Below the pieces are notes generated by a model. That model was not told the DNA's origin. It saw only the letters and a program-made list of their open reading frames with translations, and did no database searches. Shown here piece after piece: positions 50,523 through 62,346 of a DNA stretch of 64,000 nucleotides (its first letter is position 1; the number at the start of each line of letters is the position of its first letter). The position numbers were made by a program, and so were the translations under genes. Source of the DNA: Malacoraja senta (taxonomy: Eukaryota); NCBI GenBank assembly GCA_038087875.1, contig CM075996.1, positions 250,001-314,000 of the forward strand, read 5' to 3'.

Positions 50523-50950
50523 TTACAGAAACCAGCTCACCTACAGACCTGTCGGTGAATTGGTGTGTGTGTGAGGAAACTGCAGCACTCAGAGGGAACC
50601 CACGTGGTCACAGGGAGAACGCAGAAACTCCCCACAAAGACAGCGCCCCAGGTCAGGATTGAACCCGAGTCTCCGGCGCTGTGAGGCAGTGACTCTACCA
50701 CTGTGCCACTGTGCCGTCCCCTATGAGCAACATAAATGTGTTACTCTTCTCCCTGACTCCTGTTACATTTTCGGCCATGGTTGGGTTGGTGTTTCATTTT
50801 ACACCCTAGCCGGTTTTTAGGCTGAGTAACAGCGTGAACAGAAAGTTACGATGCGATACGATACAACTTTATTCATCCCCGGAGGGAAATTGGTCTGCCG
50901 ACAGTCACAACACACGACAAGGCACATGGAACACTTGAAATTAAAAGTAA

Positions 50951-51437
50951 AGGGGCTGTCCCACTTGGGCGACATAATTGGCGAGTTTAGAAGAGTTTGA
51001 AAAAATGACACGTTGAAGACCTCCTTCGACCTCCTTCGACTATGTTGAAGACCAGCTTCGACTAGCTACGACTAGCTTCGGGAAAATTGAACACCGAATA
51101 GTGGAGAGTGAAGACGATCTCCTTCGACCTCCCTTCGACTATGATGAAGACTATCTACGACTACCTTCGACTGCCCTCGATTACCTACGACTAACATGCC
51201 GACCTACTACGATTACCTACGACTAACATGCCGACCTACCTAGTATCGATTTTTTCCATGGCGACCTTTTTTTACTCGCGGGCATTTTTCAACATGTTGA
51301 AAAATACGCCGCGACCTAGCTGAGGCCTCGAGTACTCTCGAGCATGAAGGAGAGTTACAAAGACCTCCTACGACCTCGTGTCGACCATGCTGCGAGTATG
51401 AGCTCGCGGATTAGGTCGCCCAAGTGGGACAGCCCCT
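50951..51437. mobile_element. PIF/Harbinger-type MITE
   Basis: TIR AGGGGCTGTCCCACTTGGGCGAC; reverse-orientation relative of 11681-12247. Confidence 0.85.
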
Positions 51438-51889
51438 TAGATTAAAGTTTTAAAAAGGACAAAGACAGGCGACTGTTGGCTGGCTGTTGTGTGCACAGCG
51501 CCTTCACCAGAACAAACGAACAAACAAACAAATGCAGGCTTATCCCCTGGGCAGAGGGTTCTACAGCTAGAGTGCCCCCCCCCCTCCTCCCCCACACTGG
51601 GTCCCCCTTTGTTCTCCCACCATCCCTCCCGGCGGTCCCCCCACGCCGGGTCCCCATTGTTCTTCACGATGGATTGAAGATACTGAAGATAGACACAAAA
51701 TACTGGCGTAACTCAGCGGGACAGGCAGTATCTCTGGAGAGGAGGAACGAAGAACCCATTTCTCCCTTCCCTTCTCCTCTCCAGAGACGCCGCCTGCCCC
51801 GCTGAGTTGCTCCGGCATTTTGTGTCTATCTTCGATTTAAACCAGCGTCTGCAGTTTTTTCCTGCACATGTTGAGTACTGAGCTCTTAC

Positions 51890-52016
51890 CTGCACTCCAA
51901 GAATCCCAAAGATGATGAAGAAAGCGCAGCAGATGAGGACTATGTTCCCGATCGGCTTCAAGGAGGAAATAAGGGTTTCGACAACCAGCTTCAAGCCTGG
52001 CGCTCGACTAATGACC
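51890..52016 (-). CDS. CACNA1I: T-type Ca2+ channel exon, IIIS4-S5 linker and IIIS5
   Basis: 127-bp exon, CTAG acceptor, GTAAGA donor. Encodes (R)[42 protein letters not shown] and completes the split Arg codon from the previous exon. Confidence 0.94.
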
Positions 52017-52082
52017 CTAGACGCAAGAAATTAGAGTGAAGAGCGAGATCGGAGACTACATTTTTATTAGAATTTTTCTTAT

Positions 52083-52418
52083 GCTATACTCTGAAATGTA
52101 CGAATATATCTCGAATGAAGTTTTTTATTTTAATAAATTTTTCCATTCTTCTTTAACTATCTTTTTCTTTTCTGTTTTTTTTTTTTTCTTTCCCTTTTTT
52201 TTTTCTTTTTCTCTCTTTTCTTCTCTCTCTTTTCTTTCTTTACTTCATCTATCTTTTTAGTTCTATCTAGTTTAAAAAAAATTTTTTTTTAAAGGCAAAA
52301 GGTATTGGAGACAATGTAATAATAATTGACAATATTATCAATTTAAAAATGTAAGACTGTAATGATGTTAATAAGTTGTGTACTTATCTCCAATAAAAAA
52401 TATGTTCAAAAACAAAAA
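52083..52418 (+). mobile_element. AT-rich poly(A)-tailed retroposed fragment (L1-like 3' UTR)
   Basis: 14-bp TSD AGAATTTTTCTTAT (52069-52082 and 52419-52432), AATAAA and an A-rich tail. Confidence 0.65.
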
Positions 52419-53943
52419 AGAATTTTTCTTATCATCAAACAAAGTTTTTACTCAAAGATAGACACAAAGTGCGAGAGTATCTCAGCGGGTCAGGCAGCAT
52501 CACTGGAGAAAACGTACGGGTGATGTTTCGGGTCTGGAGTCTGAAGAAGGTTCCTGACCCGAAATGTCACCCATCCTTTTTCTCCAGAGATGCTGCCTGA
52601 CCCGCTGAGATACTCCAACGCTTTGTGTCTATCGCAGGAAATAGTGTCTTTTATCGCGTCCTTTTGTTAGACAAATTGGAGAGGCTTTTTTTCGATATCA
52701 TAGGGAACAGAAGGTTAAAGATAACTCTATGGAGAAAATAAAGATGAAAGACCACAGAGACATTGATCAATGCTGAATTATTTCAGAAATATAAAATCCA
52801 CATGTAACCATTGTGCTGTGAGAATATAAAAACACAGTGGGTGCTGTGACTCTTTGAAACACTTTGGGTTCGCGCAGAGTGTTTCCCAGTGCGTACTGTT
52901 TAAGGCCTTGAATAAGCCGACTTGTTTGAGAAACTCAGCACTACTCCATGGGCTATTCTTTGTGTCTGTTCTGACCTGTGCCATAATTAAGAGAGCGACT
53001 GGGGCCCACGTGAAAGCCAGATCCAGGGCACAGTTGCGTCACAAAACACCCTCCGACGGGGACGAGAACAACCTCCCATTGTTGGCAGCCGGAAGATCAT
53101 ACGCTTACGATGATTACCAAGGGGCCGGCAGCAAGAAGAAGAAAGTTCTTTCATGCAGCAAGTTGCTGCGATCTGGAATGTGGTGCTTAAAGGAGTGAAA
53201 AATTAAATTAAGGATAAAAGAAAAGAAAATGTGGGCAGTTCAAAAGTTCACAAGTGATTGGAGCAGAATTACCTTGGGGTGCTTAGTTTAGATTAGTTTA
53301 TTATTGTCACGTGTACTGAGGTACAGTGAAAAGCTATTGTGCTGCGTGCTAACCAGTCAGTGGCAAGACTATACTTGATTACAATCAAGCCGTCCACAGT
53401 GTACAGATACAAGATGGAGGGAATAACGTTTTAGTGCAAAATAACGTTCAGTAAAGTCCAATTAAAGATAGTCCAAAAGTCTCCAATGAGGTAGATGTTG
53501 GTCAGGGCCGCTCTCCAGTTGGTAACAGGATGACTCTATGACCAGGGTCCGTCTGTTGACCCTATGACCAAACACTGCTGAGTATAAAACCTGGAATTCT
53601 CCGCCCAACACCACGCTGGGAACATAATAAGTTCATAAGGTCATAAGCAGAATTAGGCCATTTGGCCCCTCAAGTCTACTCTGCCATTCAATCATGGCTG
53701 ATCCATCTTTTCCTCTCAACCCCATTCTCCCGCCTTCTCCCCATAACCCCTGTCACTCGTACTAATCAGAAGAGTCAGAAGTTGTTCCTCTGTGTTGTTG
53801 ACGGGACTTTGGATAATAATTCGCACCAGACACTGGAATTGTTGTTTTCTGGACCAGAAAGGAAAATGTTGGCCTTCTATGTCTAACACATAGCATCCTT
53901 TGTCCATTGACAGTACTAGGTCTAGCTGCCTTCTATGCTCTAC

Positions 53944-54128
53944 CTGAGGGGACGTAGGGTCCTGAGAAGCCTTAGGACCCGGAGAACGCCCAAGATCTTG
54001 GCTCCGCCTGCAGAGGCCAGCGACACGACTATGTCGATGAGGGACACGAAGACGAGGAATCCATCCAGAATGTTCCAGCTGCTTCTCAGGTACGCTTGGT
54101 CACCAATGTAAAATCCCAAAGAGACAAC
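53944..54128 (-). CDS. CACNA1I: T-type Ca2+ channel exon, IIIS3-IIIS4 voltage sensor
   Basis: 185-bp exon, TTAG acceptor, GTAGAG donor. Encodes [61 protein letters not shown](R), with the S4 Arg repeat. Confidence 0.94.
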
Positions 54129-54647
54129 CTAACAGGCATAAAGAATGATAGTCAATTGAGAGAAAAAACAACGAGAGAAGAGTCGGAAGGAACTGCAAAT
54201 GCTGGCTTAAACCGATAAGACACAAAAAGCTGGAGTAACTCAGCGGGACAGGCAGCATCTCTGGAGAGAAGGAATGGGTGGCATTTCGGGTCGAGACCCT
54301 TCTTCAGACGAGTATGGGTCACGGGAAGAACCTACAAACTACGTACTGAGAGCACCCGTAGTCTGAAGAAGGGTCTCGACCTGAAACGTGACCCATTCCT
54401 TCTTGACAGAGATGCTGCCTGTCCCGCTGAGTTGGTCCATGTTCTAATGTCTATCTTCGACTAGAGAAGAGTCATATTTATAAGGTCATCTTGAATAACA
54501 GGGTTTAGAATCCCCAACAGTTGTTGCCTTTTGGATGAACTAAGCACCAGGAGACATTCCACAAAGTGAATGGAAGATTAGGGAGAGTTTCGTCTCGGGT
54601 TCTGCACCAATATGTATCTATCAACCAAAATCACTAAAGCAGATTGG

Positions 54648-54980
54648 GGCGGCATCCGGTGGCACAGCGGTAGAGTTGCTGCCTGGCAACGCTAGGGACC
54701 CGGGTTCGATCCTGACTACGGGTGCCGTCAGTACAGAGTTTGACATAGGTTACGCTCTCCCCGTGACCTGCGTGGATTTTCTCGGAGATCTTCGGTTTCC
54801 TCCCACACTCCAAAGACGTACAGGTTTGTAAGGTCATTTGGCTTGGTATAAATGTAAATTGTGGATTGTCACTAGTGTGTGTGTAGGATAGCGTTAATGT
54901 GCGGGGATCGTTGGTCGGCGCAGACTCGGGGGGCCGAAGGGCCTGTTTCCACGCTGTATCCCTAAACTAAACTAAACTAA
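54648..54980 (+). mobile_element. V-SINE (HE1-like)
   Basis: Same head, core and tail organisation. Confidence 0.8.
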
Positions 54981-56249
54981 AAAGGATAGTACTGTCCCTT
55001 ATACAGCGCACTCTTCCTAATTCTGCCCTCTGATGGGTGTGTGGGTGGTAGTCGACGAGAGTTGTGGTCATACAGCGTGGAAACAGGCCCTGCGGCCTAA
55101 TTTGCCCACGCCGACCACCATGCCCCCATCTACACTAGTCCCACCTGCCTGCACTTGGCTCACATCCCTCTAAACCTTTCCTATCTATGTACCTGTGCAA
55201 ATGTCACAAACATTATGATAGCACCTAGCTCAACTACCTCCTCCAGCAGATCGTTCCATACTCCTCCCACCCTGCGTGTTAAAAAATTACCTCTCAGATT
55301 CCTATTAAATCTTTCCCCCTTCACCTTAAAGAATATGGACAGAGTAAAATAGGATTAGTGTAGGTTTAATTTTTTAATAGATTCTTGATGGTTATCAGGT
55401 ACTCAGTTAGCCAAGGGCTGGCATCTTTATGACTATATTCCCTGACAGCAATGAATGCTTCAATTTGCAATGGGTTTTTAACTTGTGCTCAGCGTATGAA
55501 AAAGTTCTTTTATACCTTAATGGTAAATTAGGTCGTTAATATCTTGCTTAAAGAGACGACTTAGCTCAGAGGTGCATTGGATGTTCGATTCACAGCCACT
55601 TCCCATCTGTTCTGTCTCTGCCTGTGCGTGCTCAGCGAGTCCAGTTACCTGCTCGCTCCATTTGAAACTCAGGATAACTAATGCAACTTCATGAAGCAGG
55701 CTCGGTGACGGAGAGCAAAACACACAACCGGATTTCAATTAAAGAGGGAACTTTACCCAAGGGAAGAGGAAAATCCCACAGCTTTAAAGTCATGGAGTCT
55801 TAGAGTTATACCGGGTGGAAACAGGCCCTTCGGCCCAACTCGCCCACACCAGCCAACAATGTCCCAGCTACACTAGGCCCACCTGCCTGCTCTTGGTCCA
55901 TATCCCTCCAAACCTATCCATGTACCTGTCTAATGGCTTCTTAAACGATGGGATAGTCCCTGCCTCAACTGCCTCCTCTGGCAGCTTGTTCCATACACCC
56001 ACCACCCTTTGTGTGAAATAGTTACCTCTCAGATTCCTATTAAATCTTTTCCCCCTTCACCTTGAACCTATGTCCTCTGGTCCTCGATTCCCCTACTCTG
56101 AGCAAAAGACTACCCGATCTATTCCTCTCATGATTTTGTCCAGCTGTATAAGATCTCCCCTCATCCTCCTGCGCTCCATGGAATAGAGACACAGCCTACT
56201 CAACCTCTCCCTGTAGCTCACACCTTAATGTGTCAAAGGGTTGCTGTTT

Positions 56250-56893
56250 AGGTTTAGTTGAGTTTAGAGATACAGTGTGGAAACAGGCCCTTCGGCCCAC
56301 GGAGTCCGTGCTAACCATCGATCACCTGTTCACTAGTTTAGTTGAGTTTCGAGATACAGTGTGGAAACAGGCCCTTCGGCCCACTTAATCCATGCTAACT
56401 ATCATTCACCTGTTCACTAGTTTAGTTGAGTTTCGAGATACAGCGTGGAAACAGGCCCTTCGGTCCACTGAGTCCGTGCTAACCGTCGATCACCCATTCA
56501 CAAGTTTAGTCTAGTTTAGTTTAGAGATACAGCGCGGAAACAGGCCCTTCGTCCCACTGAGTCTGCACCGACCAGCGATTCCCCACACATTAACATTACC
56601 CTACACACACTGGGGACAATTTTACATTTATACATTTTATACCAAGCCAATTAACCTACAAACCTGTACGTCTTTGGAGTGTGGGAGGAAACAGAAGATC
56701 TCGGAGAAAACTGAATTTCCCTGAGGGGATCAATAAAGTATTTATTATTATTATTATTATTATTATTTGTTAAAACCCACGCAGGTCACTGGGGGAGCAT
56801 TCAAACGCTGTACAGACAGCACCCGTAGTCAGGATCGAACCTGGGTCTCTGGCGTTGTGAGGTAGTAGATCTACTGCTGTCCCATCGTGCTGT
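56250..56893 (-). mobile_element. V-SINE with three extra tandem copies of its ~84-bp tail
   Basis: GATACAG(T/C)G(T/C)GGAAACAGGCCCTTCG recurs at 56269, 56353, 56437 and 56526. Confidence 0.8.
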
Positions 56894-57611
56894 GCCTATG
56901 CTAGTTCTACGCTACACACTGGGGACAATTTATAGAAGCCAATTAACTTGCAACCTGCACATCTTTGGAAGTTGGGAGGAAACCGGAGCACTTAAAGAAA
57001 ACTTGATTGTACTTTCTTCCAACACTTCCTCTGGAAGCTCGTTCCACATGTCCACCATCCTCTGTTTGAAAACATTGTCCAACAGGTCCCTAATCAGTCT
57101 TTCCCATCTCACCTTCAATCTATGCTCTAGTGGTCAAAGATTGTGATTGATTCTCATCTATGCACCTCCATCAGTGAGAGTTACACCAAGCAATACCCGC
57201 CTCTGATCGTATGTTTTACTTTTCGAGATACAGCACGGAAACAGGGCCTCAGGCCCACCGAGTGCTCGCCGACCAGCGATCACCATAAACCAGGACTATC
57301 TTTGGAACATCTTTGTGTCTATCCTACACACTAGTGACTAAGGACTAGGCACACTCGAGACAATTTACAATTTTTACCAAAGCCAATTAACCTACAAATC
57401 TGTATGCCTTTGTAGTGTGGGAGGAAACCAGGGCACCCGGGGAAAACCCACGTGGTCACGGGGAGAACGTTCAAACTCCCTACAGACAGCACCCGTAGTC
57501 AGGATCGAATCCGGGTCTCTGGCGCTGTGAGGCAGCAACTTTACCGCTGCGCCACCATGCCGCCCTTAATATGTATTATTGGCAGACTGAACTGCGCCAT
57601 CAGTTGAATTG

Positions 57612-57830
57612 GTAGACACAAAATGCTGGAGTAACTCAGCGGGTGAGGCAGCATCTCTGGAGGGAAGGAATGGGTGACCTTTCGGGTCGCGACCCTTCTT
57701 CAGACGTTCGGTCTCGACCCGAAACGTCACCCATTCCTTCTCTCCAGAGATGCTGCCTCACCCGCTGAGTTACTCCAGCATTTTTGCGTCTACCTTCGAT
57801 TTTATCCAGCATCTGCAGTTCTTTCTCACA
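57612..57830. mobile_element. Palindromic PLE-end insertion
   Basis: CCATCAGTTG(A/T)ATTG flanks both sides; lies about 40 bp from the donor of the IIIS2 exon. Confidence 0.8.
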
Positions 57831-57872
57831 CCATCAGTTGTATTGACAGACTGGGCTTTTGACACCTCTTAC

Positions 57873-57941
57873 CTTCAGAGTCATTTCTGCAACGAAAATG
57901 GCAGTGAAAAAGTAGTTGGAAACACTGAGGAAGATTCGTTC
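57873..57941 (-). CDS. CACNA1I: T-type Ca2+ channel exon, IIIS2
   Basis: 69-bp exon, CTGCAG acceptor, GTAAGA donor. Encodes ERIFLSVSNYFFTAIFVAEMTLK in phase with both neighbours. Not in the ORF track; read from the sequence. Confidence 0.93.
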
Positions 57942-58240
57942 CTGCAGAAAAGAAAGGTTTAAATTAGGCACTGAGCAACACTTGACACTGATGATGGGTT
58001 ATTCATGGCTTCACATACCATCCGTGCAACATCTCAAATATAAATGTTCTCACATTAACTGTTCTCAATTCTAAGAGTTATTACACTCGCAAAGAAAGTA
58101 AACGAGAGGAAGGCACGCTAAGTGACTGCTTAATCAGACAATATTCGATAAGATTCCTATGTTGAACAGGATACAGAGAACTTTTCAAAGACTTTTTTTT
58201 TCTCCACCTTTAGTTCTAGACTTTTCTTTAGACCTTAGAT

Positions 58241-59032
58241 CAGGGGTTCCCAGCCTTTCTCGTCCCGTTTACCCATGGCAACTTTAATAGGACGTAACAA
58301 TGTTACTTCACGTATTCACTAGTCAAGAGAGCGCAGCAGCGGTTGCACTTTCTGCGCCGGATGAGAAGAGCTCACCTCCCCCATCCCGTCCTCACCACTT
58401 TCTACAGGGGGCACCACAGAGAACATTTTGACCAGCTGCGTCTCTGTCTGGTTTGGGGACTGCAAAGCCTCCGACTGGACGTCCGTGCAGAGAGCGGTGA
58501 GGACGGCTGAAAAAAATCATCGGGACTTCTCTTCCTTCAATCCGGGACATTGCGCGCAAACGTTGCTTGTCCAAGGCCAACAGCATTATAAAAGGCCCCT
58601 ACACATCTCCATCATGGACTGTTCACTCTGCTGCCCTCGGGCTAAAGGTATCGCAGTATAAGGAGCAGAACGGCCAGGTTTTGCAACAGCTTCTTCCCCC
58701 GAGCCATCAGACTCTCGAATTCCATATAATGTGCCGCCACGATTGTCTATTTTATCTTTTAACTATTTTATCCTTTTGTTATTTTATGTTGCACGGTGAG
58801 CCAGATGCAACGAAATTTCATTCAGACTTGCATTTGTTGGTTTTGAATGACAATAAAGTCATTGATTGACTGATTATGGGCAACTAATGATGAACAGATA
58901 CCAGTATACCAGAACCAAACACAGTCAGTCAATGAGAAAAAATATGTACAAATCCACAATTAACAAATTTACCCCCTGGGTAGGCAAAATTTACCCCCTG
59001 GGTGTCAATTTACCCCGGGTTGGGAACCCTTG
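58241..59032. mobile_element. hAT-Charlie-like MITE interrupted by a Rex1 3' fragment (about 58325-58875)
   Basis: Reverse-orientation relative of 20408-20628; imperfect TSD CCTTAGAT/CTTTAGAG. Confidence 0.8.
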
Positions 59033-60424
59033 CTTTAGAGCATGGAAACAGGCCCTTCGGCCCACCGAGTCCTTGACCAGACCAACGATCGCCCCGCCCA
59101 CCAGCACCATCCTACACACACTATGGACAATTTACCATTTACAGAAGCCAATTAGCCAACAAACCCGTACGTCTTTGGAATGTGGAAGGAAACCGGAGCA
59201 CCCGGAGAAAACCCATGTGGTGTACAGGGAGAACGTGCAAACTCCACACAGACAGCACCCGTAGTCAGGATGTAACCCGGGTCTCTGGCGCTGTGAGGCA
59301 GCAACTCTACCGCTGCGCCGCCGTGCCGCCTGACGTGCGCACATGACCTGAGAGCGTGCAGGTCCACATGGCGTCAGGTGATACCGTCTCTTCACACTAG
59401 AGGCCTAACCTTGCCTTTTAGATGGGACCTTATTTGTAGCATGGAAAGCACTCGTTTAGCTGAGAGATTATGGGTGGCACGGTGGCGCAGCGGTAGAGTT
59501 GCTGCGTTACATCGCCAAAGGCCCAGGTTCCATCATGACCACGGGTGCTGTCTGTACGGAGTTTGTACGTTCTCCCCCGTGACTGCGTGGGTTTTCCCCG
59601 GGTGCTCTGGCTTCCTCCAAAGTTCCAAAGACGAACAGGCTTGTAGGTTAATTGTCCCTATTGTGTAGGATAGTGCGAGTGTACGGGGATCGCTGGTCGG
59701 CACGGACTCAGTGGGCCGAAGGATCTGTTTCTGCGCTGTATCTCTAAACTCAATGAAACTAATATTATAGCGGAGAGCTGCATGGGTTTTGGCAGCCAAT
59801 TCTGTGCGCAACTGTTGCCGACAGATAGTGACTAAAATGTCTCTTTCCCATAGCTGACATATGAGTGGAGAGACACACAAAAAGCTGGAGTAACTCAGCG
59901 GGTCAGACAGCATCTCTGGAGAAATGGAGTGGGTGACGTTTCGGGTCGAGACCCTTCTTCAGTCTGGAGAACCCATCATCAGACTGAAGAAGGGTCTCGA
60001 CCTGAAAACGTCACCTATTCCGTTTCTCCAGAGATGCTGTCTGACCCGCTGAGTTACTCCAGCTTTTTGCGTCTATCTTCGGTTTAAAGCAGCATCTGCT
60101 GCTCCTTCCGACACATCCCCCCTTATGAGAACTGACTGCCACTAACTGCCTCTTTTCAACCTTTAGAAAACAAGGAACGTCACAAATACCAAGCCGTCAT
60201 TGCTCCCACACCTTCATTCAGATTCAGCCACAGTTTTAGGATTAATTCTATCAGTGCCTGCACGGTTTTAATAGTTTTCTGCTTGGAATGGCATGTTAAA
60301 ATCCATCTTCACCCTCTAATGGATGTAATAATATTAAAGAACAGGAGATTTTTCTAGACTAATGGTTACCTTCAAGGGAGACATATTATCTGATCATTAT
60401 CATTTGGTGTTTATGAGCATTTGG

Positions 60425-60737
60425 TTTAGTTTAGTTGAGAGAGACAGCGCGGAAACAGGCGCTTTGGCTCACCGAGTCCGCGCCGACCAGCGATCCCTGC
60501 ACACTAACGCTATCCCACACTGCGGACAATTTTTTTACATTTACACCAAGCCAATGCACCGACAAGACCTGTACGTCTTTGGAGAGTGGAAGGAAACCAA
60601 AGTTCTCGGAGAAAACCCACGCAGGCCACGGGGAGAACGTACAAACTCCGTACGCCTGTAGCCAGGATCGAACCCGGGTCTCTGGCGCTGTAAGCGCCGT
60701 GGGGCAGCGACTCGACCGCTGCGCCACCGTGCCGCCC
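60425..60737 (-). mobile_element. V-SINE (HE1-like)
   Basis: Reverse-complement copy. Confidence 0.75.
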
Positions 60738-62346
60738 ATTGCTGAGCAAGAATTCACTGCCATCACACTCCAAACTTCATGGCTGGGAGGTTCTTTGACG
60801 TGGCCTGATTTTGTGAAGGTGCGATATGGATGCAAGTCTGTCATGCTGATTCACAGAGTCACACAGCACAAAAACAGGCTCCTTGGCCCAAATTGTCCAT
60901 GACGACCAAGCCCCATCTACTCTAGTCTCACCTGCCTGCGTTTGGCCCATATCACCCTAAACCTATCCATGTCCCTGTCCACGGTCTATGGAGTGAAGGA
61001 AATAGGCGACGTTTCGGGTCGGTCTCGACCTGAAACGTTGCCTATTTCCTTCGCTCCATAGATGCTGCCTCACATCTGCAGTTTCTTCTTAAACATGTCC
61101 CTGTCCAAATGTCTTTTAAATGTTGTTATGGTACCTGCCTCAACTACCTCTTCGGGCAGCTCATTTCATACACCCATCACCCTTGGTGTAAAAAAGTCAC
61201 CCCTCATGTTCCTATTAAATCGTCCCCCCCCCCCCCTCACCTTAAACCCATGTCCTCTGATTCTCGATTCCATCTGAAGAAGGGTCTTGACCCCAATCGT
61301 CACACATTCCTTCTCTCCAGAGATGCTGCCTTACTCCAGATTTCTGCGTCTATCTTGTTCCACTGCCCTGGGTAAAACACTCTGTGCATTCACCCTATCG
61401 ATTCCTCTCATGATTTTGTACAGCTCTATAAGATCAACCTCCATCCTCCTCTGCTCCAAGGAATAAAGTCCTCGCCTACCCAACCTCTCCCTGTAGCTCA
61501 GGCCTTCAAGTCCTGGCAACATCCTCGTAGATCTTCTCTGCACCTTCGCTGCATAGATGCTGCCTCACCCGCTGAGTTTCTCCAGCAATTTGTCTTCCTT
61601 CCAAGTCTAGACTGTGGAACAGCATCCCCTTTCCCATCAGAACTGTCCCCTCCATCGACTCTTTTAAGTCAAGACTAAAGACTTATCTATACTCCCAAGC
61701 CTTTCCTGACGTCCTCTGAGTGAGGGCTACATGTATACATGTATGTAGTTTGTTTTGTTTGTGCTATTCTTATAACAAATGTAAAGCACTTTGGCCAACG
61801 AGAGTTGTTTTTTAAATGTGCTATATAAATAAATGTGACTAGACTTGACTTGACTTGACTATGTAGCAGGGTGTTCGCATCCCTGTATGCCTTTGTTTCA
61901 CCTCTTCCCCAGCCAACAATGGGCCTTTCCTTGGCCATCTGTTGCCGGCGCTGTTTAGTTCTGGCCTTTCCATGCCTCCCCTCTCTACTTTCAGTCTGAA
62001 GAAGGTTCCCGACCTGAAACGTCACCTATTCCTTTTCTCCGGAGATGCTGCCTGACCCGCTGAGTTACTACAGCACTTTGTGTCCACCTTCAAGTCTTTA
62101 CTCAGTACCCTGACTGATGAAGGCCAATGGACCAAAAGTCTTCTTCACCACCACCCTATCTACCTTTAAGGGCGGCACGGTGGCACAGCGGTAGAGTTGC
62201 TGCCTCACGGCGCCAGGGACCCAGGTTTGATCCTGGCTACGGGTGCTGTCTGCATGGAGTTTGTACGTTCTCCCCGTGGCCGTGTGGGTTTTCTCCGGGT
62301 GCTCCGGTTTCCTCCCACACTCCAAAGGCGTACAGGTTTGCAGGTT

